From contig OZ024741.1 of the NCBI GenBank assembly GCA_964016885.1, positions 132,680,001 to 132,744,000 on the forward strand: 64,000 bases of DNA, in the 5' to 3' direction. Below, piece by piece: positions 17,300 through 35,426 of the stretch. Both the position numbers and the translations under genes were made by a program. The notes beneath the pieces are model-generated. The model ran no database searches. It was not told the DNA's origin and worked only from the letters and a program-made list of their open reading frames with translations. How positions within the stretch are numbered: the stretch's first letter is position 1; each line of letters begins with the position of its first letter. The DNA comes from Eledone cirrhosa. Lineage: Eukaryota.

Positions 17300-17388
17300 C
17301 ATATATATACATATATATACATATATATATATACATATATACTTATATATATATACATATATACTTATATATATATATACGTATATAT

Positions 17389-17419
<31 letters not shown>

Positions 17420-17591
17420 TACTTATATATATATATACACATATATACTTATATATATATATACATATATACTTACATATATATATATATATATATATAT
17501 ACTTACATATATATATATATATACATATATACTTATATATATATATATATATATACATATATACTTATATATATATATATACAGATATACT

Positions 17592-17625
<34 letters not shown>

Positions 17626-17629
17626 TACT

Positions 17630-17661
<32 letters not shown>

Positions 17662-17876
17662 TACTTATATATATATATATATATATACATATATACTTAT
17701 ATATATATATATATACATATATACTTATATATATATATATATACATATATACTTATATATATATATATATATATATACATATACACTTATATATATATAT
17801 ATATACATATATACTTATATATATATATATATACATATATACTTATATATATATATATATATATACATATATACTT

Positions 17877-17909
<33 letters not shown>

Positions 17910-18415
17910 CTTATATATATATATATATACATATATACTTATATATATATATATATATACATATATACTTATATATATATATATATATATATACATATAT
18001 ACTTATATATATATATATACATATATACTTATATATATATATATATACATATATACTTATATATATCTATATATATATACTTATATATATCTATATATAT
18101 ATACATATATACTTATATATATATATACATATATACTTATATATATATAGACATATATACTTATATATATATATATATACATATATACTTATATATATAT
18201 ATATATACATGTATACTTATATATATATATATATATATACATATATACTTATATATATATATATATACACATATATATATATAAACATATATACTTATAT
18301 ATATATATATATATATAAACATATATACTTATATATATATATATATATATATAAACATATATACTTATATATATATAAACATATATACTTATATATATAT
18401 ATACATATATACTTA

Positions 18416-18585
18416 TCATCATCATCATCATCATCAACGTTTAACGTCCGTGTTCCACGCTTGCATGGGTTTGGACGGGGGTAGTCCCACTTGAGGCAAG
18501 AGTGATTTTCTTGCTCGCATAGGACTGTCTGGCAGGTTTTCTACAGTTGGATGCCCTTCCTAACACCAACCACATTTACAGTGTG
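18416..18585 (-). mobile_element. RTE-tail non-autonomous element fragment inside the TA array
   Basis: (CAT)n, tttaacgtccg, ggatgcccttcctaacaccaacc motifs. Confidence 0.7.
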
Positions 18586-19128
18586 ATATACATATATACT
18601 TATATATATATATATATATACTTATATATATATATACATATATACTTATATACTTATATATATATATATATATACTTATATATATATATATATATATATA
18701 TACTTATATATATATATATACATATATACTTATATATATATATATATATACATATATACTTATATATATATATATACATACATATATACTTATATATATA
18801 TATATACATATATACTTATATATATACATATATACTTATATATATATATATACATATATACTTATATATATACATATATACTTATATATATATATATATA
18901 TATATACATATATACTTATATATATATATACATATATACTTATATATATATATATATATAAAACATATATACTTATATATATATATACACATATATACTT
19001 ATATATATATATACATATACATATATACTTTATATATATACATATATACTTTATATATATACATATATACTTTATATATATATATACATATATACTTTAT
19101 ATATATATATATATATATACATATACAC

Positions 19129-19159
<31 letters not shown>

Positions 19160-19224
19160 CTTTATATATATATATATACATATACATATATACTTTATAT
19201 ATATATATATATACATATACACTT

Positions 19225-19256
<32 letters not shown>

Positions 19257-19259
19257 CTT

Positions 19260-19291
<32 letters not shown>

Positions 19292-19348
19292 CTTTATATA
19301 TATATATATATACATATATACTTTATATATATATATATATATATATAT

Positions 19349-19386
<38 letters not shown>

Positions 19387-19553
19387 CATATACACTTTTT
19401 ATATATATATATATATATATATACATACATATACATATATACATATAATATATATACATATATATATACATACATATACACTTTTTATATATATATATAT
19501 ATATATATACATACATATACATATATACATATAATATATATACATATATATAT

Positions 19554-19591
<38 letters not shown>

Positions 19592-19889
19592 TAATATATA
19601 TACATATATATATATATAATATATATACATATATAATATTATACATATATATATACTTTATATATATATATATATATATATACATATATATATGCATATA
19701 TATATACTTTATATATATATACTTTATATATATATACATATATATATACTTTATATATATATACTTTATATATATATACTTTATATATATATACATATAT
19801 ATATACTTTATATATATATACATATATATATACTTTATATATATATATATACATATATACTTTATATATATATATATACATATATATAT

Positions 19890-19931
<42 letters not shown>

Positions 19932-20230
19932 TATATAAACATATATAATTTATATATATATATATGTACATATATACTTTATATATATATATATGTACAT
20001 ATATACTTTTATATATATATACATATATACTTTATATATATATACATATATACACATATATACTTTATATATATATACATATATACTTTATATATATATA
20101 CATATATACACATATATACTTATATATACATATACATATATACTTTATATATATATACATATATACTTTATATATATATATATACATATATACTTTATAT
20201 ATATGCATATATACTTTATATATATTCATA

Positions 20231-20263
<33 letters not shown>

Positions 20264-20852
20264 CATATATACATATATACTTATATATATATATACATAT
20301 ATACTTATATATATATATACATATATACTTATATATATATATACATATATACTTATATATATATATACATATATACTTATATATATATATACATATATAC
20401 TTATATATATATATACATATATACTTATATATATATATACATATATACATATATATATATATTACATATATATATATATACATATATACATATACATATA
20501 TACATATATATATATATACATATATACTTATATATATATATACATATATACTTATATATATATATATATACATATATACTTATATATATATATATAAATA
20601 CATATATACTTATATATATATATATACATATATACTTATATATATATATATACATATATACTTATATATATATACTTATATATATATATATATACATATA
20701 TACTTATATATATATATATATACATATATACTTATATATATATATATATACATATATACTTATATATATATATACTTATATATATATATATATACTTATA
20801 TATATATATATATACTTATATATATATACATACTTATATATATATATATATA

Positions 20853-20891
<39 letters not shown>

Positions 20892-21255
20892 TTATATATA
20901 TATATATATACTTATATATATATATATATACTTATATATATATATATATACTTATATATATATATATATACTTATATATATATATACTTATATATATATA
21001 TATACTTATATATATATATATTATACTTATATATATATATACTTATATATATATATATACTTATATATATATATATATACTTATATATATATATATATAT
21101 ATATATACTTATATATATATATATATATATACTTATATATATATATACTTATATATATATATATATACTTATATATATATATATATACTTATATATATAT
21201 ATACTTATATATATATATATATATATACTTATATATATATATATATATATATACT

Positions 21256-21305
<50 letters not shown>

Positions 21306-21550
21306 CTTATATCCATATATACTTATATATATATATATACATATATACATATATATACATATATATACATATATATATACATATATATATACTTACATAT
21401 ATATACTTTATATATATATACAATATATATATATACATATATATATATACATATATATATATACATATATATATATACATATACATATATACATATTATA
21501 TATACATATATATATATACATATATCTATATACATATATATATATATACT

Positions 21551-21584
<34 letters not shown>

Positions 21585-21586
21585 CT

Positions 21587-21618
<32 letters not shown>

Positions 21619-21620
21619 CT

Positions 21621-21654
<34 letters not shown>

Positions 21655-21695
21655 CTTATATATATATACTTATATATATATACATATATATATAC

Positions 21696-21728
<33 letters not shown>

Positions 21729-21730
21729 CT

Positions 21731-21770
<40 letters not shown>

Positions 21771-21805
21771 CCTATATAATATACCTATATATATATACAT
21801 ATACT

Positions 21806-21857
<52 letters not shown>

Positions 21858-22258
21858 CATATATATATACATACATATATACTTATATATATATATACAT
21901 ATATACTTATATATATATATACATATATACATATATATATATATATACATATATACTTATATATATATATACATATATATATATACATATATACTTATAT
22001 ATATATACATATATACTTATATATATATACATATATACTTATATATATATATATATACACACATATATACACATATATATATATATATATACACATATAT
22101 ACACATATATATATATACACATATATATATATATATACACATATATATATATACACATATATATATATATATATGTATATACATATATATATATATGTGT
22201 ATATATATATACATATATATATATACATATACATATACATATATATATATACATATAC

Positions 22259-22436
<178 letters not shown>

Positions 22437-22437
22437 A

Positions 22438-22555
<118 letters not shown>

Positions 22556-22557
22556 AG

Positions 22558-22599
<42 letters not shown>

Positions 22600-22643
22600 A
22601 GTATATATATATATATATAAGTATATATATATATATATATACT

Positions 22644-22684
<41 letters not shown>

Positions 22685-22699
22685 ATATATATATACTTA

Positions 22700-23004
<305 letters not shown>

Positions 23005-23052
23005 AATATACATATATATATATATATACTTATATATATATATATATATACT

Positions 23053-23084
<32 letters not shown>

Positions 23085-23103
23085 CTTATATATAATATAC
23101 TTA

Positions 23104-23135
<32 letters not shown>

Positions 23136-23282
23136 CTTATATATATATATATATACATATACTTATATATATATATAAGGGTTAAAATACTGGAGCGTGT
23201 TGGAGTTAAACACCCTCTTCGTATTATAGAAATGAAGGCTTCTTTGTTTTACTCTCTTAATATATATACTTATATATATATA

Positions 23283-23540
23283 TCTATCTATCTATCTAAG
23301 GCGGGTAAAATTCCCGAGATCCATGGACGACTTCTCTCCAGCGTCTCTGTCCCTCATTATCGCTGCCATATCCTGCATCTCCAACAGACCAGTGTCTGTC
23401 GTTAGGGCATCAACATATGTTAACCTTGGTCTTCTCTTCTAGTGTGTCCATGTAGGGGCTCCCAAAGGAGCACTGAGTGCAATGTCAACTCTGGATGTCG
23501 GTGAGCATATCCAGCCAACCTCAGTCTTCTCTGTGTCACT
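23283..23540 (-). mobile_element. RTE-group LINE 3' fragment with (TAGA)n tail, copy 1
   Basis: Near-identical to 26505-26760. Confidence 0.75.
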
Positions 23541-23722
23541 TTTATATATATACTTATATATATATACCTATATATACTTATATACATATACTTATATATA
23601 TATATATATATACTTATATATATATATACCTATATATACTTATATACATATACATATACTTATATATATATATATATATACTTATATACATATACATATA
23701 CTTATATATATATATATATATA

Positions 23723-23755
<33 letters not shown>

Positions 23756-23819
23756 TTATATATATATATATAATATATATATACTTATATATATATATAT
23801 ACTTATATATATATATATA

Positions 23820-23864
<45 letters not shown>

Positions 23865-23877
23865 TTATATATATATA

Positions 23878-24646
23878 CTCTTTTACCTGTTTCAGCCATC
23901 CGGCTGAGGCCATGCTGGGGCACCGCCCTTGTTGCTACACATTTTATCTCCAGCCTGTATAGGTTGGCCACTGGTGTAAGAGGGAGTTTGTTGCTGTTGC
24001 CCTTAGGTTTCCCTCGTGTCTTCCTGCGGGCTCATCCGGATCCTGGATAACAAGGTGTCGAGATGTTTCTTGAAGACATCAACCTCCACGTCATGCAAAT
24101 CTCTCAGATCCCTCGGCAGCTTGTTGAAGAGTTGAGGGCCCTTGAATCCCAGGTTACTGCAATACCTGCTCCTTATTCTAGATGTGGAAGACGGGACCTT
24201 TGGCACCACACAGTGACGTCCTCTTCGACGGTTGGTCCAGCTCCCAATGCCAAAGTTTGGTGCTAGTCCCTCCAGGATTTTCCACATGTAGATCACTGCG
24301 TATCTCTCCCGTCTTCGTTCCAAGGAGTAGAGGTTCAGTTCCTTTAGCCTCTCCCAGTAGCTTGTCTCCCTCATCTGGGCAATCCTCTTGGTGTAGCTTC
24401 GCTGGATTGCTTCAAGTTCCGTGGTTAGTTTGACACTATGGGGTGACCACAGCTGGGAGCAGTAGTCCAGGCGGCTTAGGACAAATGCCCTCCATAGTGT
24501 CAACATGGTGTCTCGATCTCTTGTCCGGAAAGTCCTCAAGATCCAGCCAGCGAGTCGTCTGCACATTGTTGCCATTTTCATGATGTGTGAAGAAAAAGAT
24601 GCATCATCGCTCATGTCTATGCCCAGGTCTCGTATCGATTTTATAA
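23878..24646 (-). mobile_element. CR1-clade LINE 3' fragment, copy 1
   Basis: ORF 24003-24614: LDYCSQLWSP, SYWERLKELNLYSLERRRER, GPQLFNKLP; 3' stem-loop tcagccatccggctga. Confidence 0.85.
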
Positions 24647-25344
24647 GTATATATATAAGTATATATATATATATATAAATATACTTATATATATATATAT
24701 ACTTATATATATATATATATATATATACTTATATATATATATATATATACTTATATATATATATATATATACTTATATATATATATATATATATACTTTA
24801 TATATATATATATATACTTATATATATATATATATATATACTTATATATATATATATATATATACTTATATATATATATATATATACTTATATATATATA
24901 TATATATATACTTATATATATATATATATATACTTATATATATATATATATATATACTTATATATATATATATATATATACTTATATATATATATATACT
25001 TATATATATATATATATATATATACTTATATATATATATATATATATATATATACTTATATATATATATATACTTATATATATATATATACTTATATACT
25101 TATATATATATACTTATATATATATATATACTTATATATATATATATATATATATATACTTATATATATATATAGATATATATATACTTATATATATATA
25201 TATATATATATATACTTATATATATATATATATATATATATACTTATATATATATATATACTTATATATAAGAAGGAAAAATAAGAAGGATGGAAAATAG
25301 ATTTTATAAATATATATATAAATATATATATATAAATTTCATCA

Positions 25345-25559
25345 TTTTCATTTCATTTTACGTCCGCTTTTCCCTGCTTGCAAGGGTGGGACAGGAACTG
25401 ATTCTGGCTTGATTTCTACAGCTGGATGCCCTTCCTAACACCAACCTCATTTACAGTGAGTGCTGGGTGCTTTTTTGCCGTGGCACCTCCACGTCCACTT
25501 TGCAGTGGAATGATAGGGAACCCAGTCCCTATCATCTCATTTCTACAGCTGAGTAAACT
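25345..25559 (-). mobile_element. tRNA/RTE-tail SINE, truncated by the gap
   Basis: Reverse complement of 48298-48505. Confidence 0.8.
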
Positions 25560-25759
25560 NNNNNNNNNNNNNNNNNNNNNNNNNNNNNNNNNNNNNNNNN
25601 NNNNNNNNNNNNNNNNNNNNNNNNNNNNNNNNNNNNNNNNNNNNNNNNNNNNNNNNNNNNNNNNNNNNNNNNNNNNNNNNNNNNNNNNNNNNNNNNNNNN
25701 NNNNNNNNNNNNNNNNNNNNNNNNNNNNNNNNNNNNNNNNNNNNNNNNNNNNNNNNNNN
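25560..25759. other. Assembly gap (200 N)
   Basis: Direct reading. Confidence 1.
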
Positions 25760-25854
25760 TATATTATATATATACATATATACTTATATATATATATATA
25801 TATATACATATATACTTATATATATATACATATATATATACATATATACTTATA

Positions 25855-25894
<40 letters not shown>

Positions 25895-25902
25895 CATATA
25901 TA

Positions 25903-25944
<42 letters not shown>

Positions 25945-25951
25945 TACTTAT

Positions 25952-25985
<34 letters not shown>

Positions 25986-25988
25986 ACT

Positions 25989-26038
<50 letters not shown>

Positions 26039-26067
26039 CATATATATATATACATATATATATATAC

Positions 26068-26148
<81 letters not shown>

Positions 26149-26238
26149 CATATATACATATATATATATACATATATACATATATATATATATACTTATA
26201 TACATATATATATATATACTTATATATATATATATACT

Positions 26239-26270
<32 letters not shown>

Positions 26271-26325
26271 CTTATATATAATATACTTATATATATATAT
26301 ATAATATACTTATATATAATATACT

Positions 26326-26357
<32 letters not shown>

Positions 26358-26504
26358 CTTATATATATATATATATACATATACTTATATATATATATAA
26401 GGGTTAAAATACTGGAGCGTGTTGGAGTTAAACACCCTCTTCGTATTATAGAAATGAAGGCTTCTTTGTTTTACCCTCTTAATATATATACTTATATATA
26501 TATA

Positions 26505-26760
26505 TCTATCTATCTAAGACGGGTAAAATTCCCGAGATCCATGGACGACTTCTCTCCAGCGGTCTCTGTCCCTCATTATCGCTGCCACATCCTGCATCTC
26601 CAACAGACCAGTGTCTGTCCTTAGGGCATCAACATATGTTAACCTTGGTCTTCCTCTTCTAGTGTGTCCATGTAGGGGTTCCCAAAGGAGCACTGAGTGC
26701 AATGTCAACTCTGGATGTCGGTGAGCATGTCCAGCCAACATCAGTCTTCTCTGTGTCACT
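26505..26760 (-). mobile_element. RTE-group LINE 3' fragment, copy 2
   Basis: ORF 26514-26759 [37 protein letters not shown]. Confidence 0.8.
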
Positions 26761-27400
26761 TTTATATATATACTTATATATATATATACCTATATATACT
26801 TATATATATATATATACTTATATATATATATACCTATATATACTTATATACATATACTTATATATATATATATACTTATATACATATACTTATATATATA
26901 TATATATATACTTATACTTATATATATATATATATATACTTATACTTATATATATATATATATATACTTATATATATATATATATATATATACTTATATA
27001 TATATATATATATATATACTTATACTTATATATATATATATATATATATATATACTTATACTTATACTTATATATATATATATATATACTTATACTTATA
27101 CTTATATATATATATATATATACTTATACTTATACTTATATATATATATATACTTATACTTATATATATATATATACTTATACTTATACTTATATATATA
27201 TATATACTTATACTTATATATATATATATATATATATACTTATACTTATATATATATATATATATATACTTATACCTATATATATATATATATATATATA
27301 TACTTATACTTATATATATATATATATATACTTATATATATATATATACTTATATATATATATATATACTTATATATATATATATACTTATATATATATA

Positions 27401-28170
27401 CTCTTTTACCTGTTTCAGCCATCCGGCTGAGGCCATGCTGGGGCACCGCCCTTGTTGCTACACATTTTATCTCCAGCCTGTATAGGTTGGCCACTGGTGT
27501 AAGAGGGAGTTTGTTGCTGTTGCCCTTAGGTTTCCCTCGTGTCTTTCTGTGGGCTCATCCGGGATCCTGGATAACAAGGTGTCGAGATGTTTCTTGAAGA
27601 CATCCACCTCCACGTCATGCAAATCTCTCAGATCCCTCGGCAGCTTGTTGAAGAGTTGAGGGCCCTTGAATCCCAGGTTACTGCAATACCTGCTCCTTAT
27701 TCTAGATGTGGAAGACGGGACCTTTGGCACCACACAGTGACGTCCTCTTCGACGGTTGGTCCAGCTCCCAATGCCAAAGTTTGGTGCTAGTCCCTCCAGG
27801 ATTTTCCACATGTAGATCACTGCGTATCTCTCCCGTCTTCGTTCCAAGGAGTAGAGGTTCAGTTCCTTTAGCCTCTCCCAGTAGCTTGTCTCCCTCATCT
27901 GGGCAATCCTCTTGGTGTAGCTTCGCTGGATTGCTTCAAGTTCCGTGGTTAGTTTGACACTATATGGTGACCTCAACTGGGAGCAGTAGTCCAGGCGGCT
28001 TAGGACAAATGTCCTCCACAGTGTCAACATGGTGTCTCGATCTCTTGTCCGGAAAGTCCTCAAGATACAGCCAGCGAGTCGTCTGCACATTGTTGCCACT
28101 TTCATGATGTGTGAAGAAAAAGATGCATCATCGCTCATGTCTATGCCCAGGTCTCGTATCGATTTTATAA
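27401..28170 (-). mobile_element. CR1-clade LINE 3' fragment, copy 2
   Basis: ORF 27467-28138, same motifs plus IPDEP..NSL C-terminus. Confidence 0.85.
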
Positions 28171-28313
28171 GTATATATATAAGTATATATATATATATAT
28201 ACTTATATATATATATACTTATATATATATATACTTATATATATATATACTTATATATATATATACTTATATATATATATATATATATATATATACTTAT
28301 ATATATATATATA

Positions 28314-28392
<79 letters not shown>

Positions 28393-28555
28393 TTATATAT
28401 ATATATACTTATATATATATATATATACTTATATATATATATATATATATACTTATATATATATATATATATATATATACTTATATATATATATATATAT
28501 ATACTTATATATATATATATATATATACTTATATATATATATATATATATACTTA

Positions 28556-28647
<92 letters not shown>

Positions 28648-28862
28648 CTTATATATATATATATATATATATATACTTATATATATACATATACTATATA
28701 TATATATATATATATACTTATATATATATATATATATATATACTTATATATATATATATATATATATACTTATATATATATATATATATATTCTTATATA
28801 TATATATATATATATACTTATATATATATATATATATATTCTTATATATATATATATATATA

Positions 28863-28929
<67 letters not shown>

Positions 28930-28974
28930 TTATATATATATATATATATACTTATATATATATATATATATATA

Positions 28975-29007
<33 letters not shown>

Positions 29008-29126
29008 TTATATATATATATATATATATATACTTATATATATATATATATATATATATATACTTATATATATATATATACTTATATATATATATATATA
29101 TATATATACTTATATATATATATATA

Positions 29127-29159
<33 letters not shown>

Positions 29160-29230
29160 TTATATATATATATATACTTATATATATATATATACTTATA
29201 TATATATATATACTTATATATATATATATA

Positions 29231-29263
<33 letters not shown>

Positions 29264-29280
29264 TTATATATATATATATA

Positions 29281-29315
<35 letters not shown>

Positions 29316-29358
29316 TTATATATATATATATATATACTTATATATATATATATATATA

Positions 29359-29423
<65 letters not shown>

Positions 29424-30306
29424 TTATATATATATATATACTTATATATATATATATATATATATACTTATATATATATATATATATACTTATATATATA
29501 TATATATATACTTATATATATATATATATACTTATATATATATATATACTTATATATATATATATACTTATATATATATATATACTTATATATATATATA
29601 TATATATATACTTATATATATATATATACATACTTATATATATATATATACATACTTATATATATATATATACTTATATATATATATACTTATATATATA
29701 TATATATATATATATACTTATATATATATATATATATATATATACTTATATATATATATATATATATATACTTATATATATATATATATATATATATATA
29801 CTTATATATATATATATACTTATATATATATATATATATATATAACTTATATATATAAGTATATATAATATATATATATATAACATATATATATATATAT
29901 ATATAACATATATATATATATATATATAACATATATATATATATATATATATAACATATATATATATATAACTTATATATATATATATTTATATATATAT
30001 ATTATATATATATATAACATATATAGATATATAACTTATATATATATACTTATATAAATATATATATATATTATATATATATATAACATATATATATATA
30101 TAACATATATATATATATATTATATACATATATATATTATATATATATAACATATATATATATACTTATATATATATATATATATTATATATATATATAA
30201 CATATATATATATACTTATATATATATATATATTATATATGTATATAACATATATATATATACTTATATATATATACTTATATATATATATATATATAAT
30301 ATATAT

Positions 30307-30343
<37 letters not shown>

Positions 30344-31003
30344 CATATATATATAACATATATATATATAACATATATATATATAACATATATATATAAC
30401 TTATATATATAACTTATATATATATATATAACTTATATATAACATATATATATATATATAACTTATATATAACATATATATATATATATAACTTATATAT
30501 ATATATATAACTTATATATATATAACATATAACTTATATATATAACATACATATATATATAACTTATATATATATATATATATATAACTTCTATATATAT
30601 ATATATAACTTCTATATATATATATATAACTTCTATATATACTTATATATATATATAACTTATATATAGACTTATATATATATATATAAATACTTATATA
30701 TATATATATATATATATATATAGATATATAAGTATATATATATATATAAGTATATATATATATACATATATATATAAGTATATATATATATATACTTATA
30801 TATATATATAAGTATATATATATATATACTTATATATATATATAAGTATATATATATATATATAAGTATATATATATATATATACTTATATATATATATA
30901 AGTATATATATATATATATAAGTATATATATATATATATATATATAAGTATATATATATATATACTTATATATATAAGTATATATATATATATATATATA
31001 TAA

Positions 31004-31052
<49 letters not shown>

Positions 31053-32227
31053 CTTATATATATACATATATATATATATACTTATATATATACATATATA
31101 TATATATACTTATATATATAAGTATATATATATATATATATATATATAAGTATATATATATATATATACTTATATATATATATACATATATATATATACT
31201 TATATATATATATACTTATATATATATATATACTTTTATATATATATATATATATACTCATATATATATATATATATATATATATAAGTATATATATATA
31301 TATATATACTTATATATATATATACATATATAAATATATATACTTATATATATATATATATACTCATATATATATATATATATACTCATATATATATATA
31401 TACTCATCCACATATATGTCTGTTTACCAACCTTGTAATTATAAGTAATTATATATTAAATTATGTTAATTATTTTATATTGCATTTGTTATTGTACTAT
31501 CGATCCTTATTACTTACCGTTGATTATATATAACATTATGATATGTTAAATTTTATATATCATGTAAGAAGTTTATATTTTTGTACCATCATAATTTTGG
31601 GCATTGTACAATTTATTTTTTTTCTCACCTATTCTGTAACTCTATATGAATTGATTTGTTAACTCGCTTGCCATTATATATTATATATGTTATTATATTA
31701 TTATTATAGTATTATTGTGACATCTATATTGTTTGTGTAAATAAACCGGAGATTATCTATTATTATATTATATTATATGGTATATAATTGTATAGTTTAT
31801 TATATATTATATGTGCTACTTATAATCATATCATATTATTACCTCATGTATATTAGATATAAGTATTATTACTATTATTATTATTTTTATTCCTATCATG
31901 CTTATTTATATTTAAACTCTTAATAAGGTTTAATTTGTGCTGTTAAAGATGGATATGTGTATTGATGTATGTGTACGTGTGCGTACATATATACATATAT
32001 ATATTGTACCTTTTAATTTTTATTGTAATTTTAATATTGTTACAAGTATATTATATTATATTATATAGTATTATATATAATTCCTGCTCTATATAACCAC
32101 CATTGTTTAGCTTTAGGTTTTTTTTGCTTTGGACTATATTTGTAATATGGTTCTAAATGTTATACACCTCCTCAGTGATTTTTATTATATATTTTTACCC
32201 ATAATCTTGCAATACTTTAGTGTATGT

Positions 32228-32274
<47 letters not shown>

Positions 32275-32389
32275 CATATACATATATACATATACATATA
32301 TATATATACATATATATATATACATATATATATATACATATATATATATACATATATATATACATATATATATACATATATATATAGAC

Positions 32390-32420
<31 letters not shown>

Positions 32421-32479
32421 CATATATATATAGACATATATATATATATATATACATATATATACATATATATATAGAC

Positions 32480-32510
<31 letters not shown>

Positions 32511-32576
32511 CATATATATATAGACATATATATATATATATATACATATATACATATATATATACATATATATACA

Positions 32577-32614
<38 letters not shown>

Positions 32615-32678
32615 CATATATATACATATACATATATATATATACATATACATATATATATACATATACATATATATA

Positions 32679-32711
<33 letters not shown>

Positions 32712-33115
32712 ATATATACATATATATATACATATACATATATATATACATATACATATATACATACATATATACATATATATATACATATATATATACA
32801 TATATATATACATATATACATATATATATACATATATATATACATATATACATATATATATACATATATACATATATATATATATATACATATATATACA
32901 TATACATACATATATATATACATATATATATATATACATATATATATATACATATATATATATATACATATACATATATATATATATATACATATATATA
33001 CATATATATACATATATATCTATATACATATATATCTATATACATATATATATACATATATATATACATATATATATACATATATATATACATATATATA
33101 TACATATATATATAC

Positions 33116-33209
<94 letters not shown>

Positions 33210-33469
33210 ATATATATACATATACATATACATATATATATATATATATATATACATATATATATACTTATATATATATATATATACTTATATATATATA
33301 TACTTATATATATATAAATATATATAAGTATATATATATATATATATATAAGTATATATATATGTGAAAAAATGGGGAGAAGAATACTGCAGGTTGCACA
33401 TGGACAACATGTTATAAAATGAGTCCCTCAGTGATTTGCCGACGATCATAGATATTTCATTGCATTAAA

Positions 33470-33501
<32 letters not shown>

Positions 33502-33768
33502 TTATAAAATCGATACGAGACCTGGGCATAGACATGAGCGATGATGCAACTTTTTCTTCACACATCAATCATGAAAGTGGCAACAATGTGCAGATGACTC
33601 GCTGGCTGTATCTTGAGGACTTCCGGACAAGAGATCGAGACACTGTGTTGACACTATGGAGGATATTTGTCCTAAGCCGCCTGGACTACTGCTCCCAGTT
33701 GTGGTCACCACATAGTGTCAAACTAACCACGGAGCTTGAGGCAATCCAGCGAAGCTACACCAAGAGGA
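33502..33768 (+). mobile_element. CR1-clade LINE fragment, copy 3 (inverted, same 5' junction)
   Basis: Starts ttataaaatcgatacgagacctgggc like copies 1 and 2; [18 protein letters not shown]. Confidence 0.85.
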
Positions 33769-33913
33769 TATATATATATATATTTTGAGAGGGTCATGTT
33801 GCTAATAAGAAACACACGCACCTGTTGCTTTCACTTCAATTTATTATATATTTATAAATTTATAAATTTCTGGTTGGTTGGTTGGTTCAACAACCAGATA
33901 GTTGTTTATATAT

Positions 33914-33959
33914 AGTCATAGTTCTTTCGTCACACACTCTGTGACCTCTTCAGTGATTC
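33914..33959 (-). ncRNA. Degenerate minimal hammerhead motif
   Basis: Minus strand: AAUCA CUGAAGA g GUCAC-agagugu-GUGAC GAAA GAAC UA UGACU; stem I has one mismatch and there is an extra G before stem II. Confidence 0.45.
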
Positions 33960-34102
33960 AACACACGATTTCAGATAAAGAATCTTGCTAAACAAATTCA
34001 GAAACGAAATATTTATATATACTTATATATATATATATATATATATACTTATATATATATATATATATATATACTTATATATATACTTATATATATATAT
34101 AT

Positions 34103-34169
34103 AAAGGTGAGTTGAGATGGAGGGTCTGTGGTTTTAAAAACCACAGACCCTCCATCTCAACTCACCTTT
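34103..34169. repeat. Perfect palindrome, 33-bp arms, centre 34136
   Basis: aaaggtgagttgagatggagggtctgtggtttt A aaaaccacagaccctccatctcaactcaccttt. Confidence 0.95.
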
Positions 34170-34202
34170 TGAAAAGCAGAAGAACTGCGAAACCGGTAAA
34201 GG
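34165..34202 (+). ncRNA. Minimal type I hammerhead motif with U3-A8 core variant
   Basis: Stem I CCUU/AAGG; core UUGAAAA; stem II GCAG-aagaa-CUGC; GAAA; palindromic stem III ACCGGU; GUA cleavage; AAUAAA follows at ~34208. Confidence 0.7.
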
Positions 34203-34270
34203 AACCAAATAAATATATATATTTTTTAAAAAAATAAGACTCCAGTTGCATTTCGATTTCATCTCTTTTT

Positions 34271-34301
<31 letters not shown>

Positions 34302-34491
34302 CTTATATATATATATACTTATACTTATATATACTTATATATATATATACTTATATATATATATACTTATATATATATACTTATACTTATATATACTTAT
34401 ATATATATATACTTATATATATATCTATATATATATATATATATACTTATACTTATATATATATATATATATATATATACTTATATATATA

Positions 34492-34524
<33 letters not shown>

Positions 34525-34555
34525 TTATACTTATATATATATATATATATATATA

Positions 34556-34592
<37 letters not shown>

Positions 34593-34711
34593 TTATATAT
34601 ATATATACTTATACTTATATATATATATACTTATATATATATATACTTATATATATATATACTTATATATATATATACTTATATATATATATACTTATAT
34701 ATATATATACT

Positions 34712-34743
<32 letters not shown>

Positions 34744-35014
34744 CATATACATATACATATATATATATATATACATATATATACATATATATACATATAT
34801 ATATATATTTATATATACATACATACATATACATATACATATATATATATATATACATATATATACATATATATACATATATATATATATTTATATATAC
34901 ATACATATACATATACATATATATATATATATACATATATATACATATACATATACATATATATATATATATACATATATATACATATATATACATATAT
35001 ATATATATTTATAT

Positions 35015-35064
<50 letters not shown>

Positions 35065-35070
35065 TTATAT

Positions 35071-35103
<33 letters not shown>

Positions 35104-35134
35104 CATATATATACATATATATATATATTTATAT

Positions 35135-35169
<35 letters not shown>

Positions 35170-35208
35170 CATATATATACATACATATATATATATATAT
35201 ATATACAT

Positions 35209-35243
<35 letters not shown>

Positions 35244-35347
35244 GTATACATATATATACATATATATATATATTTATATATACATATATATACATATATA
35301 TATATATTTATATATACATATATATACATATATATATATATTTATAT

Positions 35348-35426
<79 letters not shown>

